64,000 nucleotides of DNA from an uncultured delta proteobacterium (lineage in GTDB: Bacteria; Myxococcota_A; UBA9160; UBA4427): contig CAWGJT010000005.1 in NCBI GenBank assembly GCA_963822965.1, positions 1,728,001-1,792,000 of the forward strand. Reading direction: 5' to 3'. Positions 41,264 through 51,587 of this stretch are shown one piece after another. A model generated the notes under the pieces. That model saw only the letters and a program-made list of their open reading frames with translations, was not told where the DNA came from and did no database searches. How positions within the stretch are numbered: the stretch's first letter is position 1; each line of letters begins with the position of its first letter. Both the position numbers and the translations under genes were made by a program.

Positions 41264-41866
41264 ATGAGCTTCCGCCGGGGTGTCGCCCTTGTCTCCCTTG
41301 CAGCCCTCGCCGTCGGCTGCACCTCGATCTCGGGTCACCGAATCGCGAAGGACTCCGCGAACAAAGTCACCGTCCAGGACGTGAAGGGTGTGCCGATCGT
41401 GATTCAGACACCCACCCGCGCCCTGTTCGTGCTGACCACCAGCGAATACGAGCTCGCTCGGGTGGAGACCACCTTCGACAAGAATGCCAAGGCCGTGACG
41501 GTCAAGACACCGCTCGGACATAGCCGCGAGCAGGTACTCAGCGAGAAGCCGGTCTTCCTGGGTCCCTCGGAGGTCTACACCATCGATCCGAAGCGGCCGC
41601 TGGCCGGCTCCATCGATTACACGATCGAGCTCGAGCAGCAGCAGCTCAAGAAGATCGCGGGAAAGCTCGACGACAAGACCCTCGAGGAGCTGCGGCAGCT
41701 CGCAAGTGATCTGGCCGATATGGCGCTCAAGGCGGCGGCTCCGACGGCGGGCGTCACGAAGCAGGCAGGCGAGGCGGCACTGGTCGAGCGGACGCTGGTC
41801 GGCACCACCCTCAGCCTGGTGATCGTCGATCTGGCAACGGGCGGCATCGACATTCAGCAGCTCTGA
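41264..41866 (+). CDS. Lipoprotein of unknown function
   Basis: RBS AAGGAG; LAVGC lipobox. Confidence 0.75.
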   Translation: MSFRRGVALVSLAALAVGCTSISGHRIAKDSANKVTVQDVKGVPIVIQTPTRALFVLTTSEYELARVETTFDKNAKAVTVKTPLGHSREQVLSEKPVFLGPSEVYTIDPKRPLAGSIDYTIELEQQQLKKIAGKLDDKTLEELRQLASDLADMALKAAAPTAGVTKQAGEAALVERTLVGTTLSLVIVDLATGGIDIQQL

Positions 41867-41867
41867 G

Positions 41868-42875
41868 ATGCCGATGAGCACCCCGGTCGACCTGATCCGC
41901 GTCCTCGAGGACCAGGACGACTCCGGCGTCCTCGGCGTGGCAGTCGGACGCAAGGAGGTCTCCGGCATCGTGTCCCCCGACGCCGAACCCTCGGTCGCAT
42001 TCGTCGTCGCCCGAAAGGAGCCGCGGGAGGGAAGGTCTCGGAGCGTCGCGAGCGGAGCGCGTGCCGTCCCCGCAAAGGTCGAGCTGGCCGGCCGGGAGAT
42101 GGTGACGGACGTGGTGGAGGCCGCGGCGGAGCCGGTGGCCGACACCGGCCGCATGCAACGCACCCGGTTCAGCGCCGGGGGTCCAATCGGCAACCGAAGC
42201 CAGCTCGGCACGTTCGGCTGCATCGTTCGGCGTGAGGGAGCTCGCTACCGATACGTTCTCACCAATCAGCATGTGGCGCTCTCGGTGGGCTCGGTCTGCT
42301 GGTTTCCGGCCTTCGGTGCCCCAGCCGCACTGGCGGCGCCGACCCGCGTCTCCGTGGACCTCGTGCCCGACGAGGTCTTCTGTCCCTATCTCGACTCGGC
42401 CAACACGTACTTCGACGTGGATGCTGCGTTGGTGCAGATCCCCGAGGCGAACCGGGATCAGTTCTCGCCGCGAATCCCGACGCTCGGTACGCCGAACGGA
42501 ATCTTCCGGCCCCTCGCGACCAGCGCTGCCGACTACCAGGCCGAGGTGCTCGAGCGGCAGGTGTCGACGTGGTCCTGGAGCTCGGGGCGACGCGACGGAG
42601 TCATCTCGCACGTCTTCTACACGACGCGGCTGGCGCGCTTCGACGCACTGGGCGTGTACAGCTTTCTCATCCGGTCGCAGGACGGCAGCCCGCCGGGAGT
42701 GGCGCGCGACTCGGGAAAGGCGTGGGTCTCGCCCCGGCCCGACGGGGGACTCGATCTGGTGGGGCTTCACCAGGGCGTCGTCGAAGTCCCTGGAGGCAGC
42801 TCACGCTTCGCGGTCGCCACCGAGATGGCGGCGCTGTGCAGCCATCTGGGGATCGCCCCCGCCACGGACGTCTGA
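41868..42875 (+). CDS. Trypsin-like (Nal1-type) serine protease
   Basis: GTFGCIV, LTNQHV (His), VDAAL (Asp), RDSG (Ser), LVGLH. Confidence 0.75.
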   Translation: MPMSTPVDLIRVLEDQDDSGVLGVAVGRKEVSGIVSPDAEPSVAFVVARKEPREGRSRSVASGARAVPAKVELAGREMVTDVVEAAAEPVADTGRMQRTRFSAGGPIGNRSQLGTFGCIVRREGARYRYVLTNQHVALSVGSVCWFPAFGAPAALAAPTRVSVDLVPDEVFCPYLDSANTYFDVDAALVQIPEANRDQFSPRIPTLGTPNGIFRPLATSAADYQAEVLERQVSTWSWSSGRRDGVISHVFYTTRLARFDALGVYSFLIRSQDGSPPGVARDSGKAWVSPRPDGGLDLVGLHQGVVEVPGGSSRFAVATEMAALCSHLGIAPATDV

Positions 42876-43062
42876 TCTTCGGGAAGAGCCGTGTAGCCGT
42901 GCTCGTCCCGGGGCGGGCAGTCTCCCCGCCGTGACGCCCGCCCACCAGCCAGGTCTCGGCCTGTTCCAAGTCGGCTGTCGATCGAGGATTCGCCAACGGA
43001 GACGATCCTGATATCGTGACGGCTCCATTGCCACAGGGACCGGGTCGTTGAATGGGTTCCGA

Positions 43063-43320
43063 ATGCAGCTGCCCCTCGTGGGCCTCGTCCTCTTGTGGCT
43101 GTGTGCGCTCCCTTCCTGCACGATCGTCGAGTGGTTCGAGGCGCGGCAGGCCCGCGACGAGCTTCGCGCCTGCCAGGAGGCGTATCCCGACGATCCCGAG
43201 GCGTGCGCGGATCTTCGAGAGGCCAGCGACGAGTCGTACGAAGACTACGAGGATCAGGCCCAACGGGACTGGGGATGCGGCGACACGGAGGACCCGTGCA
43301 CACCGTGGCAGGACGACTGA
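43063..43320 (+). CDS. Small acidic Cys-rich lipoprotein
   Basis: Signal + LPSC; 4 further Cys. Confidence 0.55.
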   Translation: MQLPLVGLVLLWLCALPSCTIVEWFEARQARDELRACQEAYPDDPEACADLREASDESYEDYEDQAQRDWGCGDTEDPCTPWQDD

Positions 43321-43336
43321 CGGCCAGGAGCTCGAC

Positions 43337-43825
43337 GTGAAGCACGCATGGATCGCGGGTGTTCTCTTTGCGGCGGCGCTGGCGGCCGGGTGCGGACGAC
43401 CCGGCAGCCCCGAGCCCGCCGCGGCGGCCGATGCGTACGTCCCCGGGCTCGGCGAGATCATGTCGGCCAACCAGATGCGGCACCTCAAGCTCTGGTATGC
43501 CGGCCAGGCGGGCAACTGGCCCCTGGCGGCCTACGAGGTGGACGAGCTCGAGGAAGGCTTCGCGGATGCCGTGCGCTTCCACCCGCACCACAAGGACTCG
43601 CCGGAGCCTCTCACGAAGCTCGTTCCCGAGTTCACGGACGAACCCGTCGCCGAGCTGCGCGAGGCGATCGAGCGCAAGAGCCAGCCCGCCTTCGCCGCGG
43701 CGTTCGAATCGCTCACCCAGGGCTGCAACGGGTGTCACGTGGCCGCGGGCTTCCCGTTCAACGTCGTGAGGATTCCGACCTCCAATCCCTACAGCAACCA
43801 GCGCTTCGAGCCGCAGCAGCAGTAG
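43337..43825 (+). CDS. Class II (c'-like) cytochrome c lipoprotein
   Basis: AAGC lipobox; PGLGEIM...RHLKLWYAG; C-terminal CNGCH. Confidence 0.75.
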   Translation: MKHAWIAGVLFAAALAAGCGRPGSPEPAAAADAYVPGLGEIMSANQMRHLKLWYAGQAGNWPLAAYEVDELEEGFADAVRFHPHHKDSPEPLTKLVPEFTDEPVAELREAIERKSQPAFAAAFESLTQGCNGCHVAAGFPFNVVRIPTSNPYSNQRFEPQQQ

Positions 43826-43906
43826 TCCGACCGGCCACCGAAGCGGATGCGCGCACGGCATGCTGCTGGAGGCCGGTCCATTCCCCATGGATCGATCGGG
43901 GCTCCC

Positions 43907-44155
43907 ATGAAGACCTTCGTCCTGCTCGTTTGTCTCGGGATCACCCTTTCATCGGGGTGCGGGTCCGACGAGTCCGAGCTCCCCGACGACTTCGACTGCG
44001 GTGAAGCAATCCCGGGCTGGAGAAGGGCCTCGGCGTTTACGCCCGACGTCGTTCCTCCGTGCAACGCGGGAAGCGTCGGAGCCTGCGCCGATTCCGGATA
44101 CGCATACGTGCCCGGCACCGGGTGGTGTCGTCCTCTCCCCGCCTTCCATTTCTGA
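43907..44155 (+). CDS. Small Cys-rich lipoprotein
   Basis: MKTFVLLVCLGITLSSGC; 4 further Cys. Confidence 0.5.
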   Translation: MKTFVLLVCLGITLSSGCGSDESELPDDFDCGEAIPGWRRASAFTPDVVPPCNAGSVGACADSGYAYVPGTGWCRPLPAFHF

Positions 44156-44327
44156 CACGGCACCGGCGCTCGCGCGCGAGCGAACGAGACCCGTGCTGCC
44201 GCGCTCTCCCTACACCCTGCACCCCACGCGAGAATCTTCTTCCAATCGGACTCTTTCTCGTGTAATCACGGTTGCAATGGCGCCGCGCCTGCCTCGTTTC
44301 GACGGGTCGGGCCACGGGGGGGAGCCC

Positions 44328-46598
44328 ATGAGCGACGAGAGCGACGACGGATACGTCCCTCCGAAGGAATGGGCCCGGATCTTCGAGCGCGAGCGCGCGG
44401 AGATCGCTCGCAGTCGCACCGTTCGAGGCGTCGGGCCCGACGACAGGCTTGTCGGCCTCGCGGTATCGGGCGGCGGCATTCGCTCGGCCACCTTCGCGCT
44501 GGGGGTCGTCCAGGCCCTGGCGAAGCAGGGACAGCTGAAGCGCTTCGACTATCTGTCGACGGTCTCCGGCGGGGGCTACCTGGGATCGTCCATCAGCTGG
44601 CTGCTGCGACGAGCGGATCCGGGCCAGGTGCACGGCGACTTCGGCCTCGGCGCCGACGACTTCCCGTACGGCGCGCAGGACCCCGGCGGGCGGCCGCCGC
44701 ACGACGCCCCCTGGCAGAGCGCGATGCTCCGCTTCCTCCGGCAGCACGGCAACTACCTGGCGCCGGGCAAGGGCATCACGCTGATCGCCGCGACCTCCGT
44801 CGTGCTCCGCTCGATCTTCCTGAATCTGCTGGTGTGGGTTCCGCTGCTCGTCGCGGTGATGGTGCCGATCGTCCTGTGCGACGACGCCTCGAAGAGCTTC
44901 CAGTGGCCATCGGAGGCCTGCTGCGGCCCGGTCGCGTGCGACCAGGGGCTCGTGCACTGCACCGGCACCGAGATCCACGAGCCCGAAGCGTGGCCGCTGA
45001 GCGGGCTCCGGAAGGTGGCGGGCTGGCTGCTGGTGGTGTTCGCCGCCTTCGCGGCTCTCTACTCGCTGATCGCCGGCGTTCCCCGGCTGGCGCCCGACTC
45101 GCGGCTCGCCAGCCTGACGACGCGCTACCTCTGGCGGCGCCGCTCCGAGATCGGGGGCGGCGTCTTCCTCCTCGTCACGATCGTGGTGGCGGTGGTTGCG
45201 AGCCTGCCCTGGGTGGCGTCGTATCTCGGGCGCGAGGTCGCGTCGGCGGGAAGCGTCGCCGCGGTCCTGCTGGGGAGCGTCTCCGGCCTCCGCGCCTTCT
45301 TCCGCACCGGCAGCTCGAGCGGCCCGATTCCCGTCGGCTTCATCGCGACCTTCGGATCGACCCTCCTTCTCTACGGAATCCTGCTGCTCGCGTACCTCGG
45401 CGCGCTCACGTACGCCGCAGAGACCCACGGCACCTTCGGATGGCCGCCGGAATCGTGGACCAGCTCCCTGTCCCTGCTGGCGGCGGCGACGGCCGGAGCC
45501 CTGCTCCTGGGGTTCTGCGTGAATCTCAACCACAGCGGCCTGCACCGCTTCTACCGCGATCGCCTGATGGAGACCTTCATGCCTCCCGTGGACGAGGTGC
45601 TGGAGGAGCCCGCGGGTGACTACACGGGGCCGAGCACCCGGGCCGACGGTTGTCGGCTGAGCCAGCTGCACGGTGACGGACACCGGGCTCCGTACCATCT
45701 CGTCAACACCAACGTGGTGCTCGTCGACTCCGCCAACCGCCGCTACCGGATCCGCGGGGGCGAAAGCTTCACCCTCTCCCCGCTGTACTCGGGGAGCGAG
45801 GCGACGGGCTGGCGACGCACGTCGGAGTTCATGGCCGACACGATGACCCTGGCCACCGCCATGGCGATCTCGGGGGCGGCCGCCAACCCGAATACCGGCG
45901 CGGGCGGCGTGGGGCCGACCCGCGCCCGAGGCGTCTCCCTCCTGATGTCGCTCCTCAACATCCGTCTGGGCTACTGGGTGAAGAACCCGCAGCGACGCCA
46001 GTGGCTGCGCACGCCGAACCACTTCGACGCCGCGCGCTACGAGCTGAGCCCGCGCGGCTACCGCGAGACCGGCTCGCACCTGCAGCTCAGTGACGGCGGC
46101 CACTTCGAGAACCTGGGCCTCTACGAGCTGGTGCGGCGCAAGGCAGCGCTGATCGTGGTGCTCGACGGAGCGGCCGACAAGGGCTTCCAGTTCGGCGACC
46201 TGCAGATCGCCGCGCGACGGATCGCCGAGGACTTCGGCGCGCGGATCGAGTTCGATCCCGACAACCACCTGGAGAAGCTGATCCCCCGCCAGGAGGTCGG
46301 CTACCCGGTCGGCTTCAAGCAGGCGGAGCGGGGCTTCATCGAAGGCGAGATCATCTACTCCGAGGGTCCGTCCGGGAAGGTCTCCGGGAGGCTCCTGTAC
46401 GTGAAGAGCACGAGGATTCCGGGCCTCGGGCTGCGCGTGAAGGGCTACCAGGGCTCGCACCGGGACTTCCCCGACGAGTCCACCGCCGATCAGTTCTTCG
46501 ATGAAGCGCAGTTCGAAGCCTACCGCGAGCTCGGCTACCGCATCGGAGAGAGCGTGAAGGACCGCCTCGCCGCCCTGATTCAGGGGACGGCCGCGTAG
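44328..46598 (+). CDS. Patatin/cPLA2-like phospholipase with multi-TM insertion
   Basis: SGGGIRSA, YLSTVSGGG, several TMs, SDGGHFENLG. Confidence 0.85.
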   Translation: MSDESDDGYVPPKEWARIFERERAEIARSRTVRGVGPDDRLVGLAVSGGGIRSATFALGVVQALAKQGQLKRFDYLSTVSGGGYLGSSISWLLRRADPGQVHGDFGLGADDFPYGAQDPGGRPPHDAPWQSAMLRFLRQHGNYLAPGKGITLIAATSVVLRSIFLNLLVWVPLLVAVMVPIVLCDDASKSFQWPSEACCGPVACDQGLVHCTGTEIHEPEAWPLSGLRKVAGWLLVVFAAFAALYSLIAGVPRLAPDSRLASLTTRYLWRRRSEIGGGVFLLVTIVVAVVASLPWVASYLGREVASAGSVAAVLLGSVSGLRAFFRTGSSSGPIPVGFIATFGSTLLLYGILLLAYLGALTYAAETHGTFGWPPESWTSSLSLLAAATAGALLLGFCVNLNHSGLHRFYRDRLMETFMPPVDEVLEEPAGDYTGPSTRADGCRLSQLHGDGHRAPYHLVNTNVVLVDSANRRYRIRGGESFTLSPLYSGSEATGWRRTSEFMADTMTLATAMAISGAAANPNTGAGGVGPTRARGVSLLMSLLNIRLGYWVKNPQRRQWLRTPNHFDAARYELSPRGYRETGSHLQLSDGGHFENLGLYELVRRKAALIVVLDGAADKGFQFGDLQIAARRIAEDFGARIEFDPDNHLEKLIPRQEVGYPVGFKQAERGFIEGEIIYSEGPSGKVSGRLLYVKSTRIPGLGLRVKGYQGSHRDFPDESTADQFFDEAQFEAYRELGYRIGESVKDRLAALIQGTAA

Positions 46599-46817
46599 TC
46601 CGATGTAGAAGCAGGACCGGAGCCCGGTCCCCGAGACCGCGGACGCGTTCCATGCCGTTCGACATGATCTCTGCGACCCGCACCCTGACGGACGAGCCCG
46701 AGCGCTCGTTCCCTGTCGGGCCTTCTCGATGCGCGGGTGGAGAGTCGCCTTTCGCGTGACCTACTCTCCCCCTTCGTTTCGTTCGGGCCTCGAAGAGCTG
46801 GAAGGGATGGAGGCGGG

Positions 46818-48104
46818 GTGAGCCAGTCCGAGAAGCTCGGATTCAATGCCACGTGGTCCATGGCCGTGGGCGGCATGGTGGGAGGCGGCATCTTCTCGAC
46901 GCTCGGCGTCGTGATCGCGATCGCCGGACCCTGGGCGTGGCTCAGCTTCGTCGTCGCAGGGCTGGTGGCGTTGGCCGCGGGGTACAGCTACGTGGCACTC
47001 GCCGCCCACTACGGGGAGGGCGGGGGCGCGTTCACGTTCCTGCGCGAGATCCACGCGGAGAGCTTCGCGGGCAGCCTGTCCTGGGTGCTCATCGTGGGGT
47101 ACGTGCTCACGAACGCCGTGTACGCGTCCACCTTCGGCCACTACCTGGGCAACGTCGTCGGGCTGGGACCGTGGGTTCCGCGCGCCGCGGCGCTGGGCAT
47201 CCTGGCGCTCTTCATCGGACTGAACCTGCGCGGCGTCGGCGAGGCCGGCGGCGTGGAGATCTTCCTGGTGTGGTTCAAGCTGGCCGTGCTGGTGGGCCTG
47301 GCGACCTGGGGAATCGCCCAGTGGGACGTGCCGATGCTGTCGCGGGGCGTGCCCGATGCCGGCGTGACGGCTGCGCTCTTCGGGGCCGCCTCGGTCTTCA
47401 TGGCCTACGAGGGATTCCAGCTCCTCACCTACGACTACGAGGACATCGCGGCGCCGCGGAAGACGCTGCCCCGGGCGGTGATCTCGGCCATCGTCGTGGT
47501 GATCGTCGTCTACGTGGCGGTGGCGGTCGGCACGGCCATGCTCGTCGGCGCAGACGCGGTGGTGCAGCACGAGGAGGTGGCGCTCGCCATCGCCGGGGGA
47601 CAGGCGTTCGGCACGACGGGCCTCGTCGTCGTGACCATCGCCGCGGCCTTCTCCACGGGATCGGCCATCAATTCCACGCTCTTCGCCACGGCCCGGCTCA
47701 CCCACGAGGTGGCGAAGGACGGCGAGCTTCCGGCCGCGCTCGAGCACGAGAACGGCGCCGGGGTGCCCGATCGGGCCGTGGTCGCCCTGGGCGCGACGGC
47801 GGCGGTGCTGGCCGCCGCGGGCACCTTGTCGACGCTGGTCGAGGCGGCGAGCCTGGCATTCCTGTTCACGTTCGCCGTCGTCTGTGGCCTCGCCTTCCAG
47901 CAGAACGCGGGCCACCGCGCGTTGACGGGGCTCGGGACGGTAGGAGCCTCCGCCGCCGGGGCGGGGCTCGTCTTCCGCCTGGTGCGAACCGATCCGGTGG
48001 CGCTCGTCGCCCTCGGCGTGCTGGTGATCGTGGCCGTGGCGGGACGACCGCTGCTGCTGCGCTACGTGCGAACCGACGGACGCCACAGCCGACGAAGCGG
48101 CTGA
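46818..48104 (+). CDS. APC-family amino-acid permease
   Basis: VGGMVGGGIF, FMAYEGF, SAINSTLF, about 12 TM. Confidence 0.9.
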   Translation: MSQSEKLGFNATWSMAVGGMVGGGIFSTLGVVIAIAGPWAWLSFVVAGLVALAAGYSYVALAAHYGEGGGAFTFLREIHAESFAGSLSWVLIVGYVLTNAVYASTFGHYLGNVVGLGPWVPRAAALGILALFIGLNLRGVGEAGGVEIFLVWFKLAVLVGLATWGIAQWDVPMLSRGVPDAGVTAALFGAASVFMAYEGFQLLTYDYEDIAAPRKTLPRAVISAIVVVIVVYVAVAVGTAMLVGADAVVQHEEVALAIAGGQAFGTTGLVVVTIAAAFSTGSAINSTLFATARLTHEVAKDGELPAALEHENGAGVPDRAVVALGATAAVLAAAGTLSTLVEAASLAFLFTFAVVCGLAFQQNAGHRALTGLGTVGASAAGAGLVFRLVRTDPVALVALGVLVIVAVAGRPLLLRYVRTDGRHSRRSG

Positions 48105-48141
48105 GCGTCGATTGGAACGGGCCGGTGCTATCGTGGCCGCG

Positions 48142-49737
48142 ATGGCACCCTGGTGTAGCCGCGACTGGCGCAGAGGCGTGTCGGTCGCGCTGGTGTTCCT
48201 GCTCTTCTACGTGGGCTTCGCGCCGGCGCGCCTCAAGAACAGCGACGACGTCGGGCTCTTTCGCGTGACGGAGGCGCTCTTCGATCACGGGACGCTGGCG
48301 GTGCCACCGCACCGCCACGCACACCGGGGCGCCGACGGACGCCTCTACGCACCGTACGCCCTCGGACAGGCCGTGCTGGCGCTGCCGCTCTACGCGCTCG
48401 CGAAGGGGGCGCGTCGGGTGCTTCCCGAGAGCTGGGTGCGGGCCCTGGCGGGGCCCGAGCGGGAGATCGTGCGCGGCTTTCCCCGGCAGAGCCTCGACCG
48501 CATGCGGGGCGCTCCGGGCTTCACGGAGGTCGATCGATCCATCTATGGGGGCACGCTCGAGATCGCCTTCGTCATGCTCTACGCCCCCATCGCCGGCGCG
48601 TTGCTCGCCATGGGGCTCTTCCTGCTGCTGCGTCGGCTGGAGGTCTCGCCGCGGAACGCCCTCGTGACGACGGCGCTGATCGGCGTCTGCAGCTACCCGG
48701 CGACCATGTCGGTCTACTTCCTGCGGCACACCAGCGAGACCGTGACGGTGGTGTTCGCCCTGCTGTGGCTTCGCGAGTACCGCGAGACGGGACGCGTGGC
48801 CTCCCTGGCGCTGGGGAGCGCCGCCGGCTCGCTGACCTTCCTGGTGCGATTTCCCGGCGTGCTGGCGGGACCGGCTCTCGGCATCTACGCGCTGCACGGG
48901 ATGCTCGAGCGACGCCGGCGTGAGGCACGCCCGTGGCTCCCCGACCTCGCGGCCGTGTCGCTGCCGCTGGCGGCGGCCATCGCGATCCACGTGGGCCTGA
49001 ACCACGCGCGCTGGGGCACCTTCTTCCAGTCGCCCATGACGGAAGGCGCCCTCGAGAGCTCGCCCTCGTTCACCCACGCGTTCGCGGCCTTCCTGGTCGC
49101 TCCGGGGATCAGCGTCTTCGCCTACTCGCCGCTGCTGCTGCTCCTTCCCTGGACCTTGCCCGCCGCCGCGAAGCGCTGGCCGTGGGAGTGCGCGGTGTTC
49201 ACGATCTACGTCGTCACGCAGCTGCTCTTCTTCTCGAGCTACCACTACTGGACGGGCCTCTGGTCGGCCCCCGGGCCCCGCTACCTGCTGCCCGGATGCA
49301 CCCTGCTGCTGCTGTCCCTGGGCGCGTGGCTCGAAGCGGGGCCCCCCCGCGCCGGTCGCGAAGCGCTGCTCGTCCTGGCAAGCGTGGGCGCCGTGGTGCA
49401 GCTGGCGCTGATGCTGGCCAACTGGTCCGTGGTCGCACATCCCCTGATGCTCGCCGAATCCCGGGCCGCGTTGCAGAGTGCCGACCCCGCCGGCTACGAC
49501 CCGCAGTTCGAGTTCCTCTACCAGCCCGGAGAGAGCCCCGTTCTCGGCAGCCTGCACGCGGTGGCCAACGGACGCATCGACGCCTGGCTGTGGAAGCTCG
49601 GCGCCGGATGGCCCGGACAGCCCGCGGCCCCCGTCACGGCCACGGCACTGGCGCTCGCCTGGGGGATCGGGTGCGCGCTCGGCGGACGCTGGCTGTGGCG
49701 CATGATGGAGCCGGCGCCGGCGGTCGGGGCGGGCTAG
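48142..49737 (+). CDS. Multi-pass GT-C-like membrane glycosyltransferase
   Basis: NSDD, GRLYAPYALGQ, SVFAYSP, GPRYLLP. Confidence 0.65.
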   Translation: MAPWCSRDWRRGVSVALVFLLFYVGFAPARLKNSDDVGLFRVTEALFDHGTLAVPPHRHAHRGADGRLYAPYALGQAVLALPLYALAKGARRVLPESWVRALAGPEREIVRGFPRQSLDRMRGAPGFTEVDRSIYGGTLEIAFVMLYAPIAGALLAMGLFLLLRRLEVSPRNALVTTALIGVCSYPATMSVYFLRHTSETVTVVFALLWLREYRETGRVASLALGSAAGSLTFLVRFPGVLAGPALGIYALHGMLERRRREARPWLPDLAAVSLPLAAAIAIHVGLNHARWGTFFQSPMTEGALESSPSFTHAFAAFLVAPGISVFAYSPLLLLLPWTLPAAAKRWPWECAVFTIYVVTQLLFFSSYHYWTGLWSAPGPRYLLPGCTLLLLSLGAWLEAGPPRAGREALLVLASVGAVVQLALMLANWSVVAHPLMLAESRAALQSADPAGYDPQFEFLYQPGESPVLGSLHAVANGRIDAWLWKLGAGWPGQPAAPVTATALALAWGIGCALGGRWLWRMMEPAPAVGAG

Positions 49738-49775
49738 GCCGGTCGCGGGCTGGATGCGCACGCCGCCGAAGCCAG

Positions 49776-50726
49776 TCACGCGCTCGCCAGGAACTGCCGC
49801 AGCTCGCGCACGAGGGCCGCGGGGGCGTCGCCCTGGATGGTGTGCCCGGCTCCGTCGATCCGCGCCCACCAACCTCGCGGAAGCGCATTCGCGAAGCGCT
49901 CGGCGTGCTCGTCCAGGAACACCTCGCTCTCGGCGCCGCGCAGGACGAGAGTGGGGCAGCGGATCTCCGAGACCTGCTGCTGCAGGCGTTCCAGCCGCTC
50001 GCTCATGCGCGCCAGGTCGATGGGCTGGCGGCGGTCGGTCTTCCACGTGAGCCGGCCGTCGGGCAGCGCCCGCAGGTTGTGCCGCAGGCTCACGGCCAGC
50101 AGCCGCGGGTCGCGGCGCGGGTTGAAGCGCAGCGCCCGCTCGATGAAGGCCTCCAGGCTGGCGCCGCCGTCGGCCTCGGCGACGAAGTCGACGATGGCGC
50201 GGCCGCCTTCGATGCGGACCCAGGGCCCGGCGTCCACGGCCACGAAGGCGGAGACCCGGTCGGGGTAGGCGGCGGCGAGGTGCAGGCCGTTGAGACAGCC
50301 CATGGACATGCCGACGACGGCGACGCGGTCGAGGCCCCGGGCATCGAGGAAGCCGACGAAGTCGCGGGCGTGGCTCTCCGGCGTGTAGTCGAAGCCGTAG
50401 GACCATTCGGAATCGCCGTGACCCCGCTGGTCGAGGGCCAGGCAGTGCAGCTCGTCGCGCAGGGCGAGGCAGACCAGGTCCCAGGTGCGCGCGGTCTGAC
50501 CGCCGCCGTGAAGGAACAGGACGGGAGGGCGGCCGGGGGTGCCCCAGTCCAGGGCGTGCAGGCGCAGGCCGTCGACCACCTGGTGCAGGTGCTGCGGCGG
50601 GACGAACCCGGGCACCTCGAGGCCGGCGAGCCGCGCCGCCAGGCGGTGGTGGGCCTCCTCCTCTTCGCGAGAGACGGGCGAGACACGGGACGCGGGCGAC
50701 GCGGACGGAGCCGGGGCTTGGGTCAT
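49776..50726 (-). CDS. Alpha/beta hydrolase
   Basis: FLHGG, DQRGHGDS, GMSMG, GAGH. Confidence 0.9.
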   Translation of the reverse strand: MTQAPAPSASPASRVSPVSREEEEAHHRLAARLAGLEVPGFVPPQHLHQVVDGLRLHALDWGTPGRPPVLFLHGGGQTARTWDLVCLALRDELHCLALDQRGHGDSEWSYGFDYTPESHARDFVGFLDARGLDRVAVVGMSMGCLNGLHLAAAYPDRVSAFVAVDAGPWVRIEGGRAIVDFVAEADGGASLEAFIERALRFNPRRDPRLLAVSLRHNLRALPDGRLTWKTDRRQPIDLARMSERLERLQQQVSEIRCPTLVLRGAESEVFLDEHAERFANALPRGWWARIDGAGHTIQGDAPAALVRELRQFLASA

Positions 50727-50799
50727 CGGGGGCCTCCTTGCGGGATCGGCGGGATCGGCCGGGCGCCGGCTCGGGTCCCTTTCCCTACCTCGAGTTGCT

Positions 50800-50840
50800 T
50801 ACCTTGAGTTGCCAAGGTATTACCTAGGCTACCCTAAGTA
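50800..50840. promoter_or_regulatory. Two tandem palindromic TetR operators
   Basis: TACCTTG-N6-CAAGGTA (50800-50819) and TACCTAG-N6-CTAAGTA (50821-50840), abutting the TetR ATG. Confidence 0.7.
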
Positions 50841-50841
50841 C

Positions 50842-51474
50842 ATGACGAAGCGCAAGCCGCGGGTGCGTCGGGGACGAGAGGAGGCACAGCGCGTCATCCT
50901 GGAGGCCGCCGAGAAGCGCCTGCGGGAGGGCGGCCCAGAAGCGGTGCGAGTGCAGCACATCGCCGCCGATCTCGGCGTCACCGACGCCGCCATCCACCAC
51001 CACTTCGGGAGCCGCCAGGGCCTGCTGGAGGCGCTGCTGCGCTTCGCGGCGCGGCGCCTCCGCGACGAGCTCGAGGGCATCCTGGCGGCCTGGGACGGCG
51101 ACCCGGACGGCCTCGAGCGGGTCGCAGAGCTCATCGCCGACTCCTACGCCGTCCAGGGTCACGCGCGGCTGGCGCTCTGGCTGTCCCTCTCCGGCTGGAA
51201 GCCGAAGGGAGGCGGTCTCTTCGAGCCGCTGGTGGACGCCGTCCATCGCGCCCGCCAGGAAGCCGCCCAGGCCCACGGCCTGCCCCGCCCCCGCCGGCTG
51301 GACACCCAGCACGAGGTGGCGCTCTTGAACCTCGCCCTCGCCGGCGAGCCCCTCTTCGGGCCGGGCTTTCTCCGAAGTGTCGGGCTCGAGGCCGACGCCG
51401 CCGCCCAGGAGCGCTTCCGCCACTGGCTGGTCCGGCGCCTGGCCGGGCTCCTGACGGGGGACACACCCGAGTGA
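50842..51474 (+). CDS. TetR/AcrR family regulator
   Basis: ILEAA...IAADLGVTDAAIHHHFGSRQGLL. Confidence 0.9.
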   Translation: MTKRKPRVRRGREEAQRVILEAAEKRLREGGPEAVRVQHIAADLGVTDAAIHHHFGSRQGLLEALLRFAARRLRDELEGILAAWDGDPDGLERVAELIADSYAVQGHARLALWLSLSGWKPKGGGLFEPLVDAVHRARQEAAQAHGLPRPRRLDTQHEVALLNLALAGEPLFGPGFLRSVGLEADAAAQERFRHWLVRRLAGLLTGDTPE

Positions 51475-51587
51475 GATGGATCCCGGAGTCGATCTCGCCC
51501 CTGCTGACACAGAAAAGAGAAAAGCGCGCGGATCTCGCTCAACCCGCCACCGCGCGGCTCCGATAGGTCCCTCGGAGGGGACTACCC

